NCBI RefSeq assembly: GCF_000010065.1
Contig: NC_006576.1
Span: 60,001-92,000 of the forward strand
Reading direction: 5' to 3'
DNA length: 32,000 bases
Source of the DNA: Synechococcus elongatus PCC 6301
GTDB taxonomy: Bacteria; Cyanobacteriota; Cyanobacteriia; Synechococcales; Synechococcaceae
The position numbers and the translations under genes were made by a program. Shown here one piece after another: positions 16,425 to 24,721 of the stretch. Every line of letters starts with the position of its first letter. Positions within the stretch are counted from its first letter, which is position 1. Under the pieces are notes generated by a model. It saw only the letters and a list, made by a program, of their open reading frames with translations, searched no databases and was not told where the DNA came from.

Positions 16425-19400
16425 ATGGTGCAGGAGCTATCTCGGGTTCTCAAGATTAGTGATTTCCCCGCTACGGCTCCTGCGGCCAACCCTGTTTTTT
16501 ACCGGACTTACAGTCGCAAGACTGCAACGGGTCGTGAGTCTTGGCAGGAAGTCAGCGATCGCACGATTCAAGGGCTAGCGGAACTCGGCAAGCTGACCCA
16601 AGCAGAAGTCGAGCTTCTGCAGCGCTACCAAGAGAAGCAGCAATCCTTGCCCTCTGGGCGCTGGCTCTGGGTGGGGGGCACCGACTGGATTGCCAAGCCG
16701 GAAAACTACAACGGTGGCTACAACTGCACCAGTACTAATGTCATTGACTGGCGCGCCTTCGGTCTGATGATGGATCTGGCAATGATGGGCTGCGGCACCG
16801 GCGCCATCCTTGAGCCGAAATACATCAACCAACTACCCGCGATTCGTAACGAACTGCAAGTTTCTATCGTTGGCGCACTGGGTCAAACACCCGCAGAAGA
16901 GCGACAAGAGCAGACTCGCGTTGCAATCGAGGGTAATAGCGTCACGATTCGCGTTGGCGATAGCCGTGCGGGTTGGGTCAAGTCTTACCAAACGCTGCTA
17001 GAACTGAGCAGCGACGATCGCTTTACCGGCCCTGTACAAGTTGCCATTGATCTGTCAGACGTGCGTCCGGCTGGGGAACGACTGAAAGGCTTTGGCGGTG
17101 TTGCCAATCCGGTCAAACTGCCGGAACTCTACGATCGCGTCGCGCAAATCCTCAATAAAGCAGTTGGTCGTCAACTTGATTCGATCGAGTGTTGCTTGCT
17201 GATTGACCAAGCTGCTGTTGTTGTCGTTGCTGGTAATGTGCGGCGATCGGCGGGGATGCGCCAGTTCGACAGTGGCGATTTGCGCGCTGCTGGTGCAAAA
17301 GAAAATCTTTGGCAGCAGGATGAAGCCGGTAACTGGCGAATTGACCCAGAGCGTGATGCTCTGCGGATGGCAAACCACACGCGGGTTTATCACCATAAGC
17401 CGACTCGCGAAGAAGTTCTAGAGGCTGTCACCAAGCAGTTCTACAGCGGCGAAGGGGCGATTCAGTATGCTCCAGAAGCGATCGCTCGTTCTAATGCTGA
17501 CTTGTTGACCACGCCAGAACTCCGTCAGGAATTCATTCAAATCTACCTAGAACTAGGTGCAGAAGAAGCCAAGAACTGGTTGAAAACCAATTGGCCAAAT
17601 CAAAGCGATCGTGAGTTAAATCACCGCTTGCAACGCTATGGTCTGAACCCCTGCGTGACGGCGGATACGTGGGTACATACCGGCGAAGGTCCGCGTCAAG
17701 TCAAAGATCTGATTGGTCAGCAACACAGCACCTATATCAATGGTGAACTGTTCAGTACCACACCGGATGGTTTCTTCTGCAGCGGCATCAAGCCAGTGCT
17801 GAAAATCCAAACCCAAGAAGGCTACAGCCTGCGACCGACGGCCAATCACCGTGTTCTCAAAGTCACGGCGCAAACCCAGAAGGCGCAGTACAGCGAGTGG
17901 GTTGAAGCTGGTGATCTGCAAGCGGGCGATCGCATATTGTTGCACAACCACCGCGGTCTGCAGGCTTGGGAAGGAGTCGGTACTGAAGCGGAAGGTTGGC
18001 TGCTTGGCAACTTCATCGGTGATGGTTGCTTCAGTGTCAATGAAGCAAATTATCAGCGTCAGGGGCTGTTGCGCTTCTGGGGCGAGACCCAGGCGGAAAT
18101 GGCTGAAAAGGCACTGGCATTGGGAGAAGTCGCCTCAGTAACAACGGCAGCTCATGCAGCAGTCGTTCACCCTCGGAATGGCTACAGCCAAATCAATTCC
18201 GCCAAACTCTATCAATTGGCAACAAGCTTTGGCCTTAAGCAAGGGCTGAAGACGATTACGCCAGCGATCGAGCAGGCGAGTTACGCCTTCTATCAAGGTT
18301 TTCTGCGCGGTCTGTTTGATGCCGATGGCTCTGTCCAAGGCAGTCAGGAAAAAGGCGTGAGCGTGCGCCTTGCCCAAAGTGATTTAGGGCTACTGGAAGC
18401 GGTACAACGAATGCTGCTACGTCTGGGCATTGCGTCAACGATCTATCAAGAGCGACGTCCTGCTGGTGAGCGACTGTTGCCCGATTCACAACGTCAACCG
18501 AAGGCTTATTTCTGCAAAGCTCAGCATGAATTAGCGATCGCTAATGATAACTTGCAGATCTTTGCAGAGTTGATTGGCTTCTTGGATGAGGCAAAGCAAG
18601 AGAAGCTGACTGAGCTTCTGGGCGCTTACAAACGTCAACCCAATCGGGAGCGGTTTACTGCAACGGTTGTTAGCCTCGAAGCAGATGGCGTTGAAACGGT
18701 TTATGACTGCACGGTTCCTGGGCCTGCCCGCTTTGATGCCAATGGGCTCGTTGCTCACAACTGTGGTGAAATTTTGGGTGCAGATTTCCACTGCAATTTG
18801 GCGGAAGTTCACCTCAATCAAATTGATCCACAAGATACGAAAACGCAAGAAGATGCTTTCCGCGCTGGTGCCATTTCAGTGGCAGCCCTGCTAAATCATC
18901 AGTTCTCAGAAGAACGCTATCAATTCAGTCGAGAAGTTGACCCGATTGTTGGCGTTTCCTTTACGGGCCTGTTCGATTTCTTTGTCCATGCCTTTGGTAC
19001 GCCGTGGCTGGAGTGGTGGACGGAAGGTCGTCCAGAAACAGAACAAGGCTTGGAGTTTAAGCGTCAAGAAGCGGCTTATCTCAACCGCTGGCGGGATGTG
19101 GTGCATGCAGCTGTTTGGGACTATTGCGATCGCCATGATCTGCGTCGTCCCAATCGCTGCACTACTGTTCAACCAACTGGCACGAAATCTTTGCTGACAG
19201 GTGCTTCACCCGGTTGGCATCCCCCCAAAGCGCAGCGGTTCCTGCGTCGGATTACCTTCCGTAAAAATGACCCAGTAGCGATGGCCTGCTTGGATTACGG
19301 CTATAGCATTGTGCCGTCCCAGTCCGACAAGGATGAAAATGGCAACTTGCTCAATGATCCCTTTGATCCGCGCTGTGCCGAATGGTTGGTGGAAATTCCA

Positions 19401-19871
19401 ACGGAAGTAAGCTGGGCGAATCTACCCGGTGCTGATCAAGTCGATATCAGTCAGTTCTCGGCACTGGCGCAATTCGATTTCTACATGCAGGTGCAAACGC
19501 ACTACACCACCCACAACACCAGTGCCACGATTGAGTTTCGGGAGCCGGAAATCCAGCCCCTTGCCGATCGCATTTATGAGGCGATCGCGAATAATCAGGG
19601 CTATATGTCGGCGGCACTGTTGGCACGCTTTGATGCCAATGCCACTTTCCCACGCTTGCCCTTTGAACCAATCGATAAAGCTACCTACGAGCGCCTAGAA
19701 GCAGAAGTGGTGCAGCGTCGTCGCACCGATGACTTCTTGGCTGCACTGCGGCTCTACGATTCTGGCTTCCAAGTGGAAGCAGGACCGGCAGGTTGTGACT
19801 CGGATAAGTGCATGATGCCCAGAGCAAAAACCGAATTAGAGAACTCGTGCTCAGGTAAGCATTTCTGCTGA
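16425..19871 (+). CDS. nrdJ: Class II (adenosylcobalamin-dependent) ribonucleotide reductase, intein-containing precursor
   Basis: 1148-aa ORF. The extein parts carry the class II motif LNP/CGEI (interrupted) and typical NrdJ N- and C-terminal regions, including the C-terminal Cys pair (AGCDSDKC). The spliced length would be 778 aa. Confidence 0.93.
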   Translation: MVQELSRVLKISDFPATAPAANPVFYRTYSRKTATGRESWQEVSDRTIQGLAELGKLTQAEVELLQRYQEKQQSLPSGRWLWVGGTDWIAKPENYNGGYNCTSTNVIDWRAFGLMMDLAMMGCGTGAILEPKYINQLPAIRNELQVSIVGALGQTPAEERQEQTRVAIEGNSVTIRVGDSRAGWVKSYQTLLELSSDDRFTGPVQVAIDLSDVRPAGERLKGFGGVANPVKLPELYDRVAQILNKAVGRQLDSIECCLLIDQAAVVVVAGNVRRSAGMRQFDSGDLRAAGAKENLWQQDEAGNWRIDPERDALRMANHTRVYHHKPTREEVLEAVTKQFYSGEGAIQYAPEAIARSNADLLTTPELRQEFIQIYLELGAEEAKNWLKTNWPNQSDRELNHRLQRYGLNPCVTADTWVHTGEGPRQVKDLIGQQHSTYINGELFSTTPDGFFCSGIKPVLKIQTQEGYSLRPTANHRVLKVTAQTQKAQYSEWVEAGDLQAGDRILLHNHRGLQAWEGVGTEAEGWLLGNFIGDGCFSVNEANYQRQGLLRFWGETQAEMAEKALALGEVASVTTAAHAAVVHPRNGYSQINSAKLYQLATSFGLKQGLKTITPAIEQASYAFYQGFLRGLFDADGSVQGSQEKGVSVRLAQSDLGLLEAVQRMLLRLGIASTIYQERRPAGERLLPDSQRQPKAYFCKAQHELAIANDNLQIFAELIGFLDEAKQEKLTELLGAYKRQPNRERFTATVVSLEADGVETVYDCTVPGPARFDANGLVAHNCGEILGADFHCNLAEVHLNQIDPQDTKTQEDAFRAGAISVAALLNHQFSEERYQFSREVDPIVGVSFTGLFDFFVHAFGTPWLEWWTEGRPETEQGLEFKRQEAAYLNRWRDVVHAAVWDYCDRHDLRRPNRCTTVQPTGTKSLLTGASPGWHPPKAQRFLRRITFRKNDPVAMACLDYGYSIVPSQSDKDENGNLLNDPFDPRCAEWLVEIPTEVSWANLPGADQVDISQFSALAQFDFYMQVQTHYTTHNTSATIEFREPEIQPLADRIYEAIANNQGYMSAALLARFDANATFPRLPFEPIDKATYERLEAEVVQRRRTDDFLAALRLYDSGFQVEAGPAGCDSDKCMMPRAKTELENSCSGKHFC
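17652..18761 (+). mobile_element. Intein (370 aa) in nrdJ, class 1, Cys1 ... His-Asn / Cys+1
   Basis: Insert residues 410-779: CVTADTWVHTG... block B PTANHRV ... NGLVAHN, followed by CGEILG. Boundaries were computed from the codon phase of the ORF starting at 16425. Confidence 0.9.
17982..18599 (+). mobile_element. LAGLIDADG homing-endonuclease domain nested in the nrdJ intein
   Basis: Two LAGLIDADG motifs: GWLLGNFIGDGCF (nt about 17994-18032) and FLRGLFDADGSV (nt about 18300-18335). Domain limits are approximate. Confidence 0.8.
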
Positions 19872-19874
19872 AAA

Positions 19875-19909
19875 AAGAAGCCCTCTTCAGTCTTTGAAGA
19901 GGGCTTCTT
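19875..19909. terminator. Intrinsic terminator hairpin between convergent nrdJ and pntB
   Basis: 15-bp perfect stem at 19875-19889 and 19895-19909 (aagaagccctcttca/tgaagagggcttctt) with loop gtctt. The A6 run at 19871-19876 gives a U-tract for the minus-strand (pntB) transcript. Confidence 0.75.
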
Positions 19910-19946
19910 AGGCATTCAAGGGAAAATCAGTGAATGAGAAAGAGGT

Positions 19947-21359
19947 CTAAGACAACTCTTTGACAGCTCCGACGAGTTGGGAAATGACTTCCCGAGCACT
20001 GCCAAACAGCATCACCGTGCGATCGCCGTAGAAGAGTGGATTATCGATGCCGGCATAGCCATTCGCCATACTGCGCTTAATTACAATCGTTTGGCGAGCA
20101 CGATCGACATCCAAAATCGGCATACCGTAAATCGGGCTGCTGTTATCGAGGCGAGCGGCAGGATTGACGACATCATTGGCGCCAATCACCAGTGCAACAT
20201 CTGTATGTTCAAACTCGGAGTTGATCGACTCGAGGTCGTAGAGCTGACCGTAGGGGACATTGGCTTCCGCCAACAACACATTCATGTGACCGGGCATCCG
20301 ACCCGCTACGGGGTGAATGGCATATTTCACCTCAACGCCTAGCCGTTGGAGATGCTCCGCCAACCCACGCACTGTATGTTGGGCCTGAGCAACCGCCATG
20401 CCGTAGCCCGGTACAATCACGACCGATCGGGCGTAGCCCAGCAGCATTGCTCCCTCATCAGAATCGATCTGGCGAGCATTGCGATCGCCCGCTGCTGACG
20501 TTCCCCCATCAGCCTGACCACCAGCAGCAACCAAACCTGAAAACAGGACATTGGTTAGTGATCGGTTCATGGCTTTGCACATGATCACCGTCAGGATCAG
20601 TCCTGAGGCGCCGACCAGCGCGCCAGCAATGATCAGGAGGTTGTTGTTAACTGCAAAGCCTGCTGCACTGGCGGCCAAACCTGACAGAGAGTTCAACAGT
20701 GCAATCACCACTGGCATATCGCCACCCCCGACCGGCGCGACGAAGAAGAGCCCCAGCAATAGTGTTGCGATCACTAGAGCAGTCAGCACCGCCAAAGCGG
20801 TCGGGGCTTGAGGCGCGACCAAGAAGAGGACTGCACCGCTGACAAAACCCAGCAGCAAGAGCAAGCTCCAGAGTCGATGACTGGGCAAGGTCAGGGGTTG
20901 ACCGCTGATCAAGCCCTGGAGTTTGGCGAAAGCAACAAGACTGCCACTGAGGGTGACGCCGCCAATCAACAGGCCCAACAGCAGTGCAATTAGGGTCGGC
21001 AGCTGTTGTGTTGCTGCCAAGGGCACCTGGGAGAGTCGCAAGTACTCCGCGATCGCCACGAGTGCGGAAGCTGCGCCCCCCAACCCATTGAGGAGGGCCA
21101 CCATCTGGGGCATGGCCGTCATCACCACTCTCTGGGCGGACACAATGCCGGCAATGCTGCCCAGCCCCACGGCGAGAAGGGGCAACCACGGATCTTGGAG
21201 GTCAGGATGGAAAGCGGTGCCCAGCACCGCCAAACCCATGCCCGCAGCACCCAAATAGTTGCCTCGGCGAGCGGTGGCAGGATGGCCCAGTTGCTTCAAA
21301 CCGAGAAAGAAAAAGATAGTTGCAGCGAGATAGCTGCTCTGAACCCAGATCTCGCGCAT
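19947..21359 (-). CDS. pntB: NAD(P) transhydrogenase beta subunit
   Basis: From ATG 21359 (MREIWVQSSYLAATIFF...): a multi-TM N-terminal half and a C-terminal NADP(H) domain with PGYGMAVAQAQH and VIGANDVVNPAA. The ATG overlaps the pntA2 stop by 1 nt. Confidence 0.95.
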   Translation of the reverse strand: MREIWVQSSYLAATIFFFLGLKQLGHPATARRGNYLGAAGMGLAVLGTAFHPDLQDPWLPLLAVGLGSIAGIVSAQRVVMTAMPQMVALLNGLGGAASALVAIAEYLRLSQVPLAATQQLPTLIALLLGLLIGGVTLSGSLVAFAKLQGLISGQPLTLPSHRLWSLLLLLGFVSGAVLFLVAPQAPTALAVLTALVIATLLLGLFFVAPVGGGDMPVVIALLNSLSGLAASAAGFAVNNNLLIIAGALVGASGLILTVIMCKAMNRSLTNVLFSGLVAAGGQADGGTSAAGDRNARQIDSDEGAMLLGYARSVVIVPGYGMAVAQAQHTVRGLAEHLQRLGVEVKYAIHPVAGRMPGHMNVLLAEANVPYGQLYDLESINSEFEHTDVALVIGANDVVNPAARLDNSSPIYGMPILDVDRARQTIVIKRSMANGYAGIDNPLFYGDRTVMLFGSAREVISQLVGAVKELS

Positions 21360-21652
21360 CACTTCGTCTCCCGTGCTTTGAACATCGCCAACATGCGATC
21401 GGTTACCCAAAAGCCACCCACCACATTCACCGTGGCCAGAATGGCAGCCGTAAACGCGAGTCCTTTCAGGAGCGGTGGCCCCTCACCACCCAAGAGTGTC
21501 AGGGCACCCAGCAGGACAATGCCAGAAATCGCATTCGCCCCCGACATCAGCGGGGTATGTAGCGTTGGCGGCACTTTATTAATGACTTCTAAGCCTGCAA
21601 AACTCGCCAAGGTGAAGACAAAGAGTGCAGCGAACCAATTGGTGATGCTCAT
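21359..21652 (-). CDS. pntA: NAD(P) transhydrogenase alpha subunit part 2 (membrane segment)
   Basis: 97-aa hydrophobic ORF with three predicted TM helices and the conserved LHTPLMSGANAISG string. Its ATG overlaps the pntA1 stop (ATGA). Confidence 0.9.
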   Translation of the reverse strand: MSITNWFAALFVFTLASFAGLEVINKVPPTLHTPLMSGANAISGIVLLGALTLLGGEGPPLLKGLAFTAAILATVNVVGGFWVTDRMLAMFKARETK

Positions 21653-22803
21653 ACAGCCTCCGGCACAGGCAGGGGTTTAGGTTGGGGCGGGAAGCGACGC
21701 TCACCGGCGGTCACAACACAGCAGCCGGCGATGATTTCATCGTCCAAGGGCAACCGCAGCTCACCTTCGTGGCAGAGGAGCGGTAGCAGAGCCAGCAAAT
21801 TGCGCCCGAACAGGAAGCTGGCATCGTGGGGGAGCCCAGCAGCGATCGCAGTGGGACCCAGTACCTTGACGCCATCGATATCAACTTCGCGGCCCGCGCA
21901 GGTCAGTTCGCAGTTGCCACCCCGTTCTGCGGCAGCATCGACAATGACCGTGCCTGGCTGTAGCTGGGCCACCATCTCGGCGGAGATGAGGCAAGGAGCC
22001 GGCTTACCCGGAACTTGTGCCGTCGTCACAATCAAATCGGCCTGTTGGAGATGGGGCAAAAGCCCCGCCCGCAAGCGCGCCATGCTGTCTTCGTTGAGCT
22101 GTTTAGCGTAGCCCCCGCTAGCCTCAGCAGACTCGCTCAGGTCCACATCGATGAACTTGGCACCTAAGCTTTGAACCTCTTCGCCAGCGGTCTTGCGTAC
22201 ATCAAAGGCGCTGACGACCGCCCCAAGGCGACGGGCCGTGGCGATCGCCTGCAGTCCAGCTACTCCAGCTCCCAAGACCAGCACCTTGGCGGGCGGAATT
22301 GTACCCGCAGCCGTAGTCAGCATCGGTAGATAGCGCCCTAGGGCCGTGGCTCCCAGCAGGACGCTGCGATAGCCAATAATGCTGGCCTGAGAGGATAAGA
22401 CATCCATCGCTTGGGCACGACTAATGCGAGGAATCAGTTCCAAGCTAAGCGCCGAGACACCCTGCGCCGCGAGGCGATCGAGGCTGTCTGTCTGGGACCA
22501 AGGATCGAGCAAACCAATCAGGCAAGCTCCCGATCGCAGCCAATTGAGGGGCGTGGCTTGTTCGCTGCGCCAAGGGCCTATCGAGAGCACCAGATCAGCT
22601 TGTCGCCACAGTTGCTCTTCCTGATCACTGACTTCCGCTCCCGCCTCTTGATAGTCGCGATCGCTGAGTCCTAACGGCTGGCCGGCGCCACTTTGAACGG
22701 AGATCGTCCCGCCAGTTAGTTGTTTTAAGCGTGCAAGCTGGGAGGGCAGCATAGCGACACGGCGCTCTTGCAGCCCTGGCTCGCAGGGAATCAAAATCTT
22801 CAT
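21649..22803 (-). CDS. pntA: NAD(P) transhydrogenase alpha subunit part 1 (NAD(H)-binding, alanine dehydrogenase/PNT fold)
   Basis: From ATG 22803 (MKILIPCEPGLQERRVAM...): Rossmann motif VLVLGAGVAGLQAIATARRLGA. The track ORF has a 34-codon upstream extension, to 22905. Confidence 0.93.
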   Translation of the reverse strand: MKILIPCEPGLQERRVAMLPSQLARLKQLTGGTISVQSGAGQPLGLSDRDYQEAGAEVSDQEEQLWRQADLVLSIGPWRSEQATPLNWLRSGACLIGLLDPWSQTDSLDRLAAQGVSALSLELIPRISRAQAMDVLSSQASIIGYRSVLLGATALGRYLPMLTTAAGTIPPAKVLVLGAGVAGLQAIATARRLGAVVSAFDVRKTAGEEVQSLGAKFIDVDLSESAEASGGYAKQLNEDSMARLRAGLLPHLQQADLIVTTAQVPGKPAPCLISAEMVAQLQPGTVIVDAAAERGGNCELTCAGREVDIDGVKVLGPTAIAAGLPHDASFLFGRNLLALLPLLCHEGELRLPLDDEIIAGCCVVTAGERRFPPQPKPLPVPEAV

Positions 22804-23011
22804 TACGGTTTGCTGACGGGACCCCGCCGCGTTGTCGAAACAGCCTTCTGCTGGGCAGTTGACCGGTGATCGCATCCTAGGAGCGGCTTTTGGCGGGATT
22901 CGCAATTTTCAAGATGCTTTCGGGATTCCAGACAAGGAAGCGTAACAATTCAGGAACCGTAATTCTGGCAAGCTCGTCATAATAATCGTGTTTGCCCACC
23001 CCCAATCCGCT

Positions 23012-23587
23012 ATGGCTCGTTCTCGTCTCTTTCCTGTTGCTGCCGCGATCGCCTGTGCAACAGGTCTGGCAGCCGTTGCTGTGCCGCCGGCATTGGCACA
23101 AGGTCTGCCGGGTCTGACCCTGCGCTGGAATGGCAACGAGGGCGGCTTTCGCGAACTGAAGTATTTTCTGAACAATGGCACCGTGGGGGCGCTCGATCGC
23201 TATACCCTCGCGATTCCCGGACGCGATGTTGAGCAAGCGATCCAACAGCTGACGGTGACCTACCCGACCTACTACACCGGTAGCTTCAGCGACGACAAAG
23301 TTTCCCTGCGCATCTGCCGGTTGGGCAATGTCCTCTCGCGAACCCGGTGTGATGAAGTGGTGCCGCTCAGCGATCGCGACATCGACCGCGATAATGGCCG
23401 CATTGACTTCTATCCGCAAACACCGATTCCCGCAGGCACAACCCTGGGCGTTGTCTTTGAAGGCGTGATCAACCCGAATAACCCTGGCATGTTCCAGTTC
23501 AATGCCTCGGCGCTGTCGCCGGGTGACTTGCCGATCAGTCGTTATCTGGGCAGCTGGGTCCTCACCATCGACCTCCGCAACAACTAG
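23012..23587 (+). CDS. Secreted hypothetical protein, DUF2808-like (by recall)
   Basis: Signal peptide MARSRLFPVAAAIACATGLAAVAVPPALAQ. The C-terminal pattern VINPNNPGMFQFNASALSPGD...YLGSWVLTI resembles the DUF2808 family. The track start is GTG 22988. Confidence 0.6.
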   Translation: MARSRLFPVAAAIACATGLAAVAVPPALAQGLPGLTLRWNGNEGGFRELKYFLNNGTVGALDRYTLAIPGRDVEQAIQQLTVTYPTYYTGSFSDDKVSLRICRLGNVLSRTRCDEVVPLSDRDIDRDNGRIDFYPQTPIPAGTTLGVVFEGVINPNNPGMFQFNASALSPGDLPISRYLGSWVLTIDLRNN

Positions 23588-23634
23588 AGACAGATGCTAC
23601 GATTAAAAATTGTGATTTTTGAACCGGCAAAGTT

Positions 23635-23772
23635 ATGACTAAGCGCACCCTCGAAGGAACGAACCGGAAGCGGAAGCGCACTTCTGGCTTTCGGGCGCGG
23701 ATGCGCTCCGCCACCGGCCGTCGCGTGATCAAGGCTCGTCGCAGCAAAGGTCGGGCTCGCCTCGCTGTCTAG
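23635..23772 (+). CDS. rpmH: 50S ribosomal protein L34
   Basis: 45-aa ORF not in the track (below the length cutoff): [45 protein letters not shown]. This is the canonical L34 sequence, in the canonical position upstream of rnpA. Confidence 0.95.
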   Translation: MTKRTLEGTNRKRKRTSGFRARMRSATGRRVIKARRSKGRARLAV

Positions 23773-23777
23773 GTCCC

Positions 23778-24146
23778 TTGGCGCTGCCTCGTTGCCATCG
23801 ACTGCGACAACGCGATCGCTTCCCAGCACTGTATCGAGGGGGTCGAAAACTTTCGACGCCCTCACTTTTGTTGCGCTGGTTGCCCCAAGCGGAAATAGAG
23901 TCCGTCAACGAAAGTCGATTTGCGATTGTTATCAGTCTCAAAGTTCACAAGCGAGCGGTGCGCCGCAATCGCCTACGACGGAGGCTGCAAGCGGCTTTGC
24001 TGCGGCTGCGCGATCGCCTGCGACCTGGCTTTGATGGCCTGCTCACGGTCAAGCCAGGCCTTGACCTCGACACCAGCACGAGTCAGTTTTTGCAAGAATT
24101 AGAAGACCTTTTAACTCGGGCGGAGATCATCCATGGCCGTCAATGA
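23778..24146 (+). CDS. rnpA: Ribonuclease P protein component
   Basis: 122-aa basic ORF starting at TTG 23778, 5 nt after the rpmH stop. It has an RNR-type motif (KRAVRRNRLRRRL) and conserved rpmH-rnpA synteny. Confidence 0.9.
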   Translation: MALPRCHRLRQRDRFPALYRGGRKLSTPSLLLRWLPQAEIESVNESRFAIVISLKVHKRAVRRNRLRRRLQAALLRLRDRLRPGFDGLLTVKPGLDLDTSTSQFLQELEDLLTRAEIIHGRQ

Positions 24147-24519
24147 AGAAGTGTTCTACGAGGGTGGACCCCACAAGGGCGACCTGATCCTGAATGTGCT
24201 GATTGGGCTGACACTCGTGGGTCTACCCTTGGCCGTCGGCGCGATCGTGCGGGCGCTGTGGCTGCGGTTTCGGATCACTAACCGCCGGATCACAGTCACG
24301 GGTGGCTGGCAAGGGCGCGAACGCAGTGAGATTATCTACTCCGAAATTGCTGATTTGGTCAGCATCCCCCGCGGGCTGGGCTTCTGGGGCGATATCTGCC
24401 TGATTCTCAAGGATCGCTCTCGCCTCGAAATGCGATCGGTGCCCAACTACCGCGCCGTTGTCGAATTTATCAAGACCCAGATGGCTGAAAAACAGGCGAA
24501 AGCAACGACTGCTGCCTAG
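24133..24519 (+). CDS. Membrane protein with bacterial PH (bPH_2/DUF304-like) domain
   Basis: 128-aa ORF with a hydrophobic hairpin LILNVLIGLTLVGLPLAVGAIVRALWL followed by RITNRRITV...I.Y.EI. It overlaps the rnpA end by 14 nt. This is the usual cyanobacterial rnpA-PH-yidC arrangement. Confidence 0.7.
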   Translation: MAVNEEVFYEGGPHKGDLILNVLIGLTLVGLPLAVGAIVRALWLRFRITNRRITVTGGWQGRERSEIIYSEIADLVSIPRGLGFWGDICLILKDRSRLEMRSVPNYRAVVEFIKTQMAEKQAKATTAA

Positions 24520-24721
24520 TTTTAGACATTCAGCCCTCCTGAGAGTTAACCTGCCAGCCCTCGATCGCTCAGGTCTGATTGGATTACCAGCAACACCTGT
24601 CGGGACGAGGGTTTTGGCTATTGGAGCTTCCTTTATATTGTCGAAAGCCAACAAGGGGCGCGGCAATTTCCAGTAGATTGGAAAGCGGTGTCTCCCATTT
24701 GCGTCTGACCCCGGGGCCTAC

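Noticed and set aside
21006-21680. 224-aa plus-strand ORF across pntB/pntA2
   Set aside because: It is antisense to clearly identifiable transhydrogenase subunits. The product is Gly/His/Arg-rich nonsense typical of a shadow frame.
22877-23419. 180-aa minus-strand ORF overlapping the DUF2808-like gene and the pntA upstream region
   Set aside because: The plus-strand ORF has a clean signal peptide and family-like C-terminus. The minus-strand product has neither, and it would overlap the pntA1 promoter region.
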